A stretch of DNA of 64,000 bases. Source: Takakia lepidozioides (taxonomy: Eukaryota > Plantae > Bryophyta). Shown here piece by piece: positions 45,201 through 54,685 of the stretch (within the stretch, counting starts at the first letter, position 1; each line of letters opens with the position of its first letter). Made by a program: the position numbers and the translations under genes. The stretch spans positions 46,996,001-47,060,000 of the forward strand of contig CM060733.1 in the NCBI GenBank assembly GCA_030704615.1. The letters run 5' to 3'. A model generated the notes under the pieces. The model was not told where the DNA came from, made no database searches, and was given only the letters and a program-made list of their open reading frames with translations.

Positions 45201-45430
45201 CCTGCGCGGATGGAAATTCGGCGCCGGATTTCCATCCGCGCGCATCCGAATTACCTGCTTGAAGGAAATTTGGCGCACCGCCATCCTACGCGGATGGAAA
45301 TTCGGCGCCGGATTTCCATCCGCGCGCATCCGAATTACCTGCTTGAAGGAAATTTGGCGAACCGCCCTACCTGCGCGGATGGAAATTCGGCGCCGGATTT
45401 CCATCCGCGCGCTTCCGAATTACCTGCGTG
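42280..45430. repeat. Mirror-symmetric intergenic array of GAAATTCGGCGCCGAATTTC palindromes
   Basis: About 40 GGCGCC-core palindromes. Degenerate ~290-bp units span 42280-42930. 106-bp (2x53) units span 42930-43640 (GGATATTCGG at 43091, 43197, 43303, 43409, 43515, 43621). Opposite-orientation 53- and ~82-bp units span 44025-45430. Confidence 0.95.
43571..44024. repeat. Long inverted repeat (~215-bp arms, 24-nt loop) at the centre of the array
   Basis: Arm 43571-43784 pairs with arm 43809-44024, e.g. TCGCCATTTATTTCTGAGCGAGGAATTACC / GGTAATTCCTCGCTCAGAAATAAATGGCGA. It contains 8 nested AATTACCT-N6-AGGTAATT palindromes. Confidence 0.92.
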
Positions 45431-45654
45431 AGGGAAATTCCGGGACTGTTTTCGTCTATTTTCTTCCGACATGGAGGGCTTCATCCGACATTTAATTGCG
45501 CAGTTGGGCAATAAATGTCGACGGCCGTCGCTTATTATTCGGGCTGGCGACGCATGGCTTCCTGGACACGTACCCTAAATCTCATGCTATACTTGGCTTA
45601 ACATGGTATTCCAGGCATGTACCCCAAAAAAGGAGATCTTTTTGGCTGGGACTT

Positions 45655-48600
45655 ATGCCGCCTGAAGGGCGTGGCTCTCCTGAGAGAGACCTCAGATCCA
45701 GACCGCGGCGGAAGTTGAAAGCTCTGTACTACGGACGACGGCCAATCTCTCGCATGGCCAAACTGAAGCTCCAGCAGGAGATTCCAGTGTCTTGCTCACA
45801 ACCTGCGCCAACTGAAGCCGAGTACTCTCAGGCAAGCCACTTCTGCTTTCGGTTTGTTCGATTTCTTTTTTGCTTTCGCTTCGTTACCTCGCTTTGTTTC
45901 TGCATCTTCATCCTGGCTTTGCTTTATGAGTGAACTTTAGATAGTTGACTGAACCTTAGATTGTTTGCAATGCGTGTGCAAATCCGGCAGCTCTGGAGAA
46001 GGCTGCTTGTGCATGTCATTCTTAGGCAATGGTTGCATTTGTTTTCATTGTTGTTGCATGGCTCTCCATACTTCCTAAACTTGTTATGTTTTCATTTTTG
46101 CTACATGATTGCTGCTATGGTGGTTGCGCTGCTGCTTTTTGCACCACTGTTGGTGTTCACGATTTTTGTCAATCACAGAGTGACGACGAGCCCGGCACGC
46201 TGGTGGTATCATCGACAGCTCCAACTCATCGCATGTTTGAATCGCCCAACTTGGGGCGAGAGGGCAAACTTAAATCTTTTGTTGGTGGACGGGAGGACTT
46301 GCAACGAGATTACGATAGAGTAGGCATTGGGGAGGTTGGTGCAGGCGGCATGGCAGGTGAAGGGCGTGAGGACATGAGGACAGCAGATCCGGCAATGGAG
46401 GTTGTTCATGCACATGCAGTAGGGCCCGCCCACGCAAAGAAAAAGAAGAAAGCTAAGCACATGCAATCCCCGGCGAGAGAGCAGTCACGGGCTGCGGAGG
46501 GGGGAGTGAGCAGTGCGCGCGAGGGTGTCAGTTCGCCTCAATCAAAGGTGGTCGTCCTGGAGGGCTCCCCTGTTGCTAGCCCTAGTAAGAAACAGAAAGC
46601 CCGTGAGAGGGCAAAAGAGAGGGCAAAAGAACAGACGAGACAGAATGCTAGCAAGGAGGAAAGACAAAAGGCAGCTGAAGAGGCCCGGGGTGCCCAAATG
46701 ACAGATGCCAATGTAAGCGAGGGACACACAGAGACGGTGGATCCCTACAAGACACCACAGAGAGGCAGTAGCACACCGGTTAGACCATCGCGGGCAAGTG
46801 CAGCCCCCGCAATTACCCATACGGTGGAGAGTGGAGGAGAGGAAAGAACACCTGAAAGAGCACCGATTGTGCAAGTTCGAGGTGAAGCCAGGGAGAGGGC
46901 AGTAGAGACGACGAGAGTGCTGGAGGTGGTTTCGCAGGTGGCTGACCCTGTTGAGGAGGACGACATGGATGTTTCTGACCAGGATGACATTCTCCCGGAC
47001 ATCCCCAGGCCCCAAACCCGGAGCATACAGGCTGGATTTGGCGGTCTTGGTGGGCTGCCGGAAAACCCCTCTGCAGCAGACGTCATGTCTGAGGCGGATA
47101 TGAAGTTGGCCGCTGCCAAGATGTTGGAGGCAACCCACAGCAACATTGGCAGGGTGCTGGGGGGCATGGTGTACCCGGCCAAGCTTCGAATTCCCCTTTG
47201 CCGCTTGGTGTCATTGCAGGTGGTGAGACCTGCCCTCCCAGGCGATATCGACAAGCTGAAATTCTCTTTCCGGGATGGATATCGAATGGGGTCTGCCGCC
47301 TTTTACGTTTCCATTGAGAACGACCACGGAGCTTCCCGTGCCCACACTTCCGATGAGGTGGACAAATGGGGTCCCCATTGGCAAACGCGAAATGAGGAGT
47401 TCGAGAGATCGATTGCTAGTGATCCTCTTTTCCAGCACATGTCCGGTAAGATGTTCTACGTGTGGGACGGCAATCATCGCCTCCTGGCATGGATGGAGCA
47501 CATTGCCCAAGCCCACCCCAACGATCTCGATTGGCATTTCGCCGTCGATTGTGTTGTGCTGAAGGTTGCGGGGCCCAAAGATCGCAGTCTTCTCAAAGCT
47601 GCAATGGCCGACATCAACTCGTAAGCTACAACCCCTCTCGCTTTTGGACTTTGAATTTGGAAGTCATTTCATTGCGAATCCTCATATATGATGAAAATTC
47701 CCATTTCAGTATTGTTTGATGGAAATGTGGCACTGCAGGGTGACTGAGAATGCCTTCATTGCCACCAACTTGTCCCATATGCTCTTCCGAGTGAAGGATG
47801 TCGGGAGGCAGGGGGTGGAAGAGTTTGCCAATTCCCTCAGTGCCGACCTCCTGCGCAAGTCGGAGGCAAAGGCAGACAGAACCTGGTATAGGCTGAGCGT
47901 CGACGCCATGGTGGACTACATATTTCGGGTAAAGCTCCTGCAGTTTTGTTGAGCTAATTTGTCTCTCCTCCCCCAATAGAAGAAATTGTGTTGAGCAGGA
48001 TCTCTAATCTTATGTGCTGCTTTTCGACAGACGAAAATACAGCAGGATTTGGCACATGCGCGGAGGTTCTACATGGAGTCAGAGGAGAAGAATCCAACCC
48101 TCCCGGAACTCGAATCGTATGTCAAAGCTGCGGAGGTGAGGGCCCGCATAAAGTACAAGTCGCGGATGGTAAAGTACGTGGCCATAGCTGATCCCGCCCT
48201 TGGTGCCGACTTTCTGGTGGAGGTGGGAAAGCACTACTCTCGCGCTCTGAAGCCCACGATGACATTGGAGAAGCTCCATCGTCTAGCCACATCCTGTGTG
48301 GATGCAACAGAAAAGGTGATACATTCTTAACCAAATTGTGGTGGCAACAACTCCTTTTTGTGGTGTTTGGCGCTTACGAATATGCTGGGTGGTTGGACAG
48401 ACCCGGTGGCTCCAAATCTGGAATGGTTCCCAAAGTACCAGGGACATGTGGAGCTTCCCCAAACCGGACAAACTCTCTGACCCCACATTCGACATGTGGA
48501 TGAACCGCATGACATGGTGGTTTCAGGTACTTCCCCACGCTTCGTTTGGGGCTTGTACTCTAGTAGGGGGTTGATTCATTGTATTTTTTGAGGAAAGCGA

Positions 48601-51600
48601 TCTGATGGACAATCTCCACAGGTGACGACGAATGCGCAAGAGCAGCTGGACACACAAGCACATCAGTTCAAGATGGAGATATCTCCTGCAGCAGAGAGCC
48701 TGCGTGACTATGTGACGAGGTACTTTCTGCTCTACAAAACCAACCTATTCTTTCGGGAGATAGCAGATGCTCGCCGGAGCCACGAGTTCACCGACCAGCC
48801 GAACGCGGACAAAGCAGCAATGCGCCTTCTGTACAGGTACATACGCGCTGCCTTTCTTTCAAGTCCTGGCATTTCAGGATGTTAGAGGCCTAAGTGGTGT
48901 TAGGGAAAATGGCGCCGAATTTCCAGTCAGGGCTCCGAAAATGGCAAAGTCCCTAGACTGGCTGGCCCGGAACTGGAAATTCGGCGCCATTTTCCAGTTC
49001 CAGGCCCTATTGCCGTTCAGGGACTTAGCCATTTTCGGGCTAAGTCCCTAGTGTGGCTGGCCCGGAACTGGAAATTCGGCGCCGTTTTCCAGTTCTAGGC
49101 CCTATTGCCGTCCAGGGACTTAGCCATTTTCGGGCTAAGTCCCTAGACTGGCTGGCCATGAAGTGGAAATTCGGCGCCATATTCCAGTTCCAGGCCCTAT
49201 TGCCGTCCAGGGACTTAGCCATTTTCGGTCTAAGTCCCTAGGGTGGCTGGCCCGGAACTGGAAATTCGGCGCCGTATTCCAGTTCTAGGCCCTATTGCCG
49301 TCCAGGGACTTAGCCATTTTCCGGCTAAGTCCCTAGACTGGCTGGCCCTGAAGTGGAAATTCGGCGCCATATTCCAGTTCCAGGCCCTATTGCCGTCCAG
49401 GGACTTAGCCATTTTAGGTCTAAGTCCCTAGGGTGGCTGGCCCGGAACTGGAAATTCGGCGCCGTATTCCAGTTCTAGGCCCTATTGCCGTCCAGGGACT
49501 TAGCCATTTTCGGGCCAAGTCCCTAGACTGGCTGGCCCTGAAGTGGAAATTCGGCGCCATATTCCAGTTCCAGGCCCTATTGCCGTCCAGGGACTTAGCC
49601 ATTTTCGGTCTAAGTCCCTAGGGTGGCTGGCCCGGAACTGGAAATTCGGCGCCGTATTCCAGTTCTAGGCCCTATTGCCGTCCAGGGACTTAGCCATTTT
49701 TTGTGTAAGTCCCTAGGGTGGCTGGCCCGGAAGTGGAAATTCGGCGCCGTTTTCCAGTTCCAGGCCGTATTGCCGTCCAGGGACTTAGCCATTTTCGGGC
49801 TAAGTCCCTACACTGGGTGGCCCTGAAGTGGAAATTCGGCGCCATATTCCAGTTGTAGGCCCTATTGCCGTTCAGGGAGTTAGCCATTTTCGGACCTCAT
49901 TGGGTTTTTCATGAATGCAGGTACTGTAAGTTCTCGCTTTTGGAGAAAGGTCATCTGTCTTTCGAGCCACCATTCTTCCTGGCATGGAGGAACCCTGGGG
50001 CTGACTCCATGTACACTGACGATATTGTGAAGGAGTGGCATCTGGAACATTTGCGTGATTGCCCTTGGTATGTGGACCTTCCGCCCGCTCGCTCGACCCA
50101 TCCGAGTTTCAATTGAAGCTGGATGCTGAATTCCGACGAAACCGGGCTCCGCTGCCTCCGTTGGGTGCAAAAGAGGCAAAAGCGCTTGCGAACTCCAGGA
50201 AAGCGGCAGAGCTTGCTCAGGCAGGAATTCAAGAGAAATTGCATGAGAAGAGTAAAGGTCAAAGGAAAAGGACAAGGAAACAGGTGACTGCAGTAACACC
50301 CAAAAGAAGAAAACCATCGGGGCATCGGAGGAGGCGCAGGAGGGGACCCAAGAGAGTGACTCCGACGCCGATTTTGTTCAAGGTCCTGCGACTGCTGTTG
50401 CTCCTACCCAGTCACCGGTCGTCCGGGTTCCCAAGTCAGTTCGGAGTGGGACTGGCTCTGCCAAGAAGTTGGCATTTGAGGGCGAGCCTACACGGCGGTA
50501 TTCGGCGGTGACGTTTACGCACAGGCCAAAGCTAGAACCTCCAACCATCATCCAATGCGTCAATGAGAGCTTCCTTGACGCTCTCGCTGCCAGGGCGAAG
50601 AAGGTGGCACACAACAAGTCTCTGGCGGAGCAGAAGGGAAAAGCCAAGAAGAGGGCTGCCGGTACAGAGCCTAAAGACACCCCTGGTTTTGAAGCCATGA
50701 TGGAATTCTTCACGGCTGTGAGCACGAATTGCAAGAGCACTCGGGGGGGGGTTGAGGTGGAGAGAGCTTGCGACATGATTCTCCTCGACATTCCAGATGG
50801 GGAGCTGCTGGAGGGCCTGGATGGTGTGCCCACCTGGAACAGGTTTACTGAGGACTACTGGAAAGCCGGGTTTGGGCTGGCGGGGATGCTTCTGGATGAC
50901 GGTGGATGTGTGGTTGTCCTTGCCACGAGAGGGAAGACCACAGAGAATGCGGTGGCAAGGTGGACACCGAAAAGTGTCACCCCGGTCCTCCTCAGAAAAT
51001 GGTTCTGCATCAGTACGCAGGGGTTGCGAACAGAGGGCCAAAGTGTAAGTTATCAATCTATTGCATTCACTTCATATTGTGGTGTATGTTAAGTAGACCC
51101 TGGAATTGATCCCTTCTTTGTTGGATGTGCAGACATTGGTGTTTGAGGCATATTGCTTTGTGAAGAGAGGGTCTACGTTCAAATTCCGCAACGACGGTCG
51201 TCTTGTTGATGCCGCTGTGGACCCTGTAACCTACGATGTCCTCTACAACTATGTGCCCCACTCTAGTATGCCGAAGGACACAAAGACAGGCAAACCGTGG
51301 CGGTACAGCCGGACCCGAAGCCCTGCTTTCATCCAAACCCTCATGGAGACGTGCTCGGATGTCCAAGGGCGGATTCTGGACCTCACATGCGGCACGGGTA
51401 AGCCTTCACGTGCTCAGTTTGTCCCCTGGCCCCATTGCAATTGCATGCCGCAAGCTATTAACCGCCCGCTTTGTTCCTCAGGTGCTTCAATGTGGGCAGG
51501 GACGTTGTCCGACAGGCATGTGTTCGCCTTCGAGCCAGATACTGCCCTCCACAACTCGGAACTTGCAGCGGCTGAACGTCTGCCGAAAGAGGAAGAGACA

Positions 51601-52268
51601 TCCTCGGAGGATGAGGAAAAATCCGAGAAGGAGCAGGGGGAGGAAGTTGGGATCGAGGCCGAGGAGCCCCCGGTTTACGAGTGAGTGGTGGCATTGTAAG
51701 TTGCCTCCAGATTTTGTGAGGCACCTCCCTCCGCTCTCTTATTTCATTGAAAACCCTTTCTGGTTGTGCTGGTATTGACATTCTTCAAGTGGATTTGTTC
51801 TTACTGTAGGATGCCAAGTACTGCCGGAGGGACGTCTACACCGGAGTTCATGGGCAGGAGGAACGTGCCTTTTTTTGCCAGGGGAGATTTCATGCCTAGT
51901 CCAGAAAGGGAGTACATCCTGCCTACTTATGCTGCCCGGCTTGCTTCGGTGTCCATTAGGAGGTGTTCCGAACGTAGTCGTGTACAGCAGATTTTAGACG
52001 AGGCAAGCCTCAAGAAAATGAAGATGAGGGAGGAGGCAGCAGCTATTAGAGCCCGTCGGGCTCGTAGATTTGTGTTGGATTCTGCTGAGGAAAGTGGGGA
52101 GAAGACGCAGAAGATTCCCAGGAGGTGAGGTGGACAGTCCCCCAAGGAGAGGACGGGATTTTTGAGAGGCATAGTGGAACTGATGCATCACAGAGCTCGG
52201 AGGATGAGGGGGATGAGGGGGATGAGGAAGAAGGTGGGGCAAGTTCCTCGGAGGGTGTAGGAGAGTAG
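45655..52268 (+). CDS. Multi-exon ParB/Srx-like domain + beta-class N4/N6 DNA methyltransferase-like fusion gene (element A); apparent -1 frameshifts
   Basis: ParB-like region: LRIPLCRL...VVRP...DIDKLKFSF...FYVWDGNHRLLAW (DGNHR at 47466-47480), followed by helical middle exons. MTase region: motif IV DMILLDIPDG (50772-50801), LLDDGG, RSPAFIQTLMETCSDVQGRILDLTCGTG (motif I, 51373-51397), /ASMWAG...RHVFAFEPD, then an acidic tail. Introns are GT-AG. The start codon and first exons are tentative. Confidence 0.8.
48900..49895. repeat. Intronic tandem array (95-bp monomer, 190-bp higher-order unit, ~10 monomers)
   Basis: Unit: TAAGTCCCTAG..TGGCTGGCCC.GAA.TGGAAATTCGGCGCC.T.TTCCAGTTC.AGGCCCTATTGCCGTCCAGGGACTTAGCCATTTTCGG. 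It lies in intron 48837-49920, between LLYR and YCKF. Confidence 0.95.
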
Positions 52269-52513
52269 TGCCCATTCCGGCTATGACAGTTAGAACACAC
52301 TTGTATAGACGTGGCTTGCCACAAAATTTGCAATAAAATGTTGCATTTTAAGTCCACTGGTGCCACATTCCAACTTCACATGACCCTATTTCCGTGCCTC
52401 CTAACCCTATTTCCGTGGACTCACAATGGTCTGCTCATGCTTTTTTTTTTTCCGCTCATGCTCATGCCGCTCATGCTCATGCCGCTCATGAAATAGCAGC
52501 CCCCCCTGAGGAG

Positions 52514-53743
52514 CAGCTGATGGCTACTTATTTACAGGCCAGAACTCTAATTTTTCAGTCTTCTTCGCAAGGGGTGCACGAGATGTCAGTGGTAGAAGGG
52601 CCAGTGCTACCAATACCACAACAAGTGACTGTGCAAGTAGCTGACCCTGTTGTTACTACAGCCACACCACAACTTGAGGTATGGGGGGATGATGCTCTTA
52701 ACCCACCTAAGACTCCCGCTGCACGAGAGTACAGTCGGGCTATGATTATGCATTTCAACCAAATTCCCATTGTGTTGGATTTGGCTTGGAAGGAATTTAG
52801 TCCTCCGCAGTCGTTGGCACATTACTACCAGATCATGCGCATTTGGCTGCCAGTGGCAACTAGGACTAAGGTTCTTCCGAACAATCGACCCATTGAGGAT
52901 CATCACTTTGCGAGGTACTGGTCTGAAGCAAGTACCATGTTGAAGGAATTAATTGTCTTCCAAGTTGTACATGGGTACATTTATACCAAGACCAAGGAGG
53001 TAGCAAGTATTGTCATGGGCTGTGGATTATACTATGCTGTTTGTTTTCTGTCACGTTATCACATTGAGCAGCAGAAGATGCAATCGCGATTTCTGAGTTA
53101 TTCCAGTGGGGATCGTTGGGTCTTACCTTCAGTGCCACCTCATATGTACCTATATGATGCAAAAGTTATGATGCAGAAGGATTCTCAACTTCGTTCATGG
53201 TTTCATTCTGCTTGGAACAATTTGACAACACAGAAATTCGGCCCTGACGATATTTTCTTTAAGGGACATGAGGCATGGAAATACTTGCACTGTTCCCAAG
53301 TCATTGGCACACCTCTTACCTGTACAGATAAGGAGTTCAGGACGTTCACTAATTTTGCATGCCAGCGCTTGCAACAAGTTGTGCAATTTAAACTTCCAGA
53401 TATGGTTGGACAACATTGTATGCCACAGAGGATTCCACTTAAAGTTTGGCCGTTAAAACACCTGAGGGGCGACGAGGATTCTGATACTACTGTTTCTTCA
53501 GCGGACTCTTTTGACATGGCAGAGGACTATGCAATTCAGATGGCAGAGAAGAAACGACGGGGGTCTCCTATGCCTGAGAGGTTACCTCGTTATCAGCCAA
53601 AGGAGGGACAGACATTTCCATGTAGTACTCAATCATCTCCGTCAACCAGTGACAGGCCTCGGGCTCGCACACGGAGTCCTTCACGAGACTCTCACCGTCA
53701 GAAGGGTGTTCGATCACAATGGTTTGCTAATCCTAAACAGTAA
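52514..53743 (+). CDS. Retrotransposon 3' extra ORF, C-terminal half (~410 aa, unknown domain)
   Basis: Open frame continuing the ORF broken at 37629; it ends just before the PPT. Confidence 0.65.
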   Translation, partial: QLMATYLQARTLIFQSSSQGVHEMSVVEGPVLPIPQQVTVQVADPVVTTATPQLEVWGDDALNPPKTPAAREYSRAMIMHFNQIPIVLDLAWKEFSPPQSLAHYYQIMRIWLPVATRTKVLPNNRPIEDHHFARYWSEASTMLKELIVFQVVHGYIYTKTKEVASIVMGCGLYYAVCFLSRYHIEQQKMQSRFLSYSSGDRWVLPSVPPHMYLYDAKVMMQKDSQLRSWFHSAWNNLTTQKFGPDDIFFKGHEAWKYLHCSQVIGTPLTCTDKEFRTFTNFACQRLQQVVQFKLPDMVGQHCMPQRIPLKVWPLKHLRGDEDSDTTVSSADSFDMAEDYAIQMAEKKRRGSPMPERLPRYQPKEGQTFPCSTQSSPSTSDRPRARTRSPSRDSHRQKGVRSQWFANPKQ

Positions 53744-53764
53744 ACCGTGAGAACACGACTTTTT

Positions 53765-53782
53765 GAGAGGGGGAGGGGTAAA
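53765..53782 (+). promoter_or_regulatory. Polypurine tract
   Basis: GAGAGGGGGAGGGGTAAA lies directly before TGTTAG. Confidence 0.85.
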
Positions 53783-54685
53783 TGTTAGAGGACTGCTTGG
53801 GACTTTAACGCTTTTACAGGTTCTGTGGGGTACCCTTAATTTTTACACAGACTGAGACCACAGGAGCCTTAGGGGTGACAGCAGCAGGCTTTAAGGGGGG
53901 GTTACACAGCTCGTCACAGCCGCCACAGCCAGTCACAGCCCGTCACAGTCGTCACAGTCCGTCATAGTCCGTCACAGCCAATCACAGCCAGTCACAGTCC
54001 GTCACAGCTTCACACAGCCCAACGCAATTTTGCACAGTTGTCACAGTACAAGGGGAACGGTTAACATGGACAGGGAACGACTGTGTGGGAACGACATCTG
54101 CAGAGGGAATATGTTACTTCAGGGGTGACGGTTAGTTAGCAAGGCGGTTAGAACCGCTTGTAGGTAGATAAAGCGAAGAGCGGGGACTTATGGGGGATTG
54201 GATCACTTCTTAGACATCAGGGGAAAGGTCAGACGGAGGGCACGATCTTGGAGCACAGGGATGACGATTACACAGAAGAGGAGATGATGACTTGATGGAG
54301 GTTTATTTCATGCAGAGCTGTAGTGATACTGTAGGGCAGATTAGAGTCACTTTGATATTGGCCTAGTACCTGATAAATCGTAATCTGATACTTATTCGAT
54401 ACAAGCACACTGTGTAGAGAGACATGAGTGAAGTTGTGAAATGAATGCATGATTAACTGGAACTAAGAAGATACTGATGCAATCTGATGCTTCAGTATCA
54501 GATAAGGTAAATTGATAACATGAAGGCAAGAAGGAATACAAATGGGAAGCACAACCATGATTCACTAGCTGCAGGTCATGACTGATTGTACTGAGCGGGC
54601 TGAGTGCTTAGAGATATCCAACTCTTCTATCTTGGAGTTTCCACCTTGGATAGCGAAGGGATGGGTGAGTAAAAGCCGTTCGACA
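53783..54685 (+). repeat. 3' LTR (U3 with ~10-bp GTCACAGCC-type tandem repeats at ~53905-54050)
   Basis: TGTTAG...TTCGACA. Only 54146-54685 matches the 5' LTR. Confidence 0.9.

Larger units (their letters stand above)
37630..52504. mobile_element. Element A: complete Mutator-like (MULE) DNA transposon, 14,875 bp, carrying a ParB-methyltransferase cargo gene
   Basis: 9-bp TSD CCTGAGGAG at 37621-37629 and 52505-52513. Left end GAGGTTTGCTATTTCATGAGC versus reverse complement of the right end GGGGGCTGCTATTTCATGAGC (18/21), with subterminal CATGAGC(GG) repeats. A MULE transposase lies inside, and excision restores the host ORF. Confidence 0.95.
29607..54685 (+). mobile_element. Defective Ty3/Gypsy LTR retrotransposon (non-chromovirus, Athila/Tat-related) interrupted by element A; chimeric LTRs
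   Basis: TG...CA LTRs, PBS and PPT are present, with gag zinc knuckles and PR-RT-RH-INT order. An extra 3' ORF is split by a 14.9-kb insertion. No TSD was found. Confidence 0.9.

Noticed and set aside
42930-45430. CRISPR-like array (palindromic repeats at regular spacing)
   Set aside because: The intervening sequences are themselves repeated rather than unique spacers, there are no cas genes, and the context is eukaryotic with introns.
42147-45495. Many ORFs with MEIRRRISI / WKFGAEF / DGNSAPNF repeats
   Set aside because: These are translations of the stop-poor palindromic array and appear on both strands and in all frames.
49040-49887. Series of 60-67 aa near-identical ORFs on both strands
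   Set aside because: By-product of the 190-bp intronic tandem repeat.
45655-52268. Bacterial or phage contamination (ParB + restriction-modification-type methylase)
   Set aside because: The gene has GT-AG introns conserved between two copies and lies within a TIR/TSD-bounded MULE nested in a plant Gypsy element. No restriction endonuclease or ParA was seen.
52394-52513. N-terminus of the 449-aa ORF (AHAHAAHAHAAHE) as a His-rich protein
   Set aside because: It is read-through of the right TIR repeats of element A; the real frame continues from 37629.
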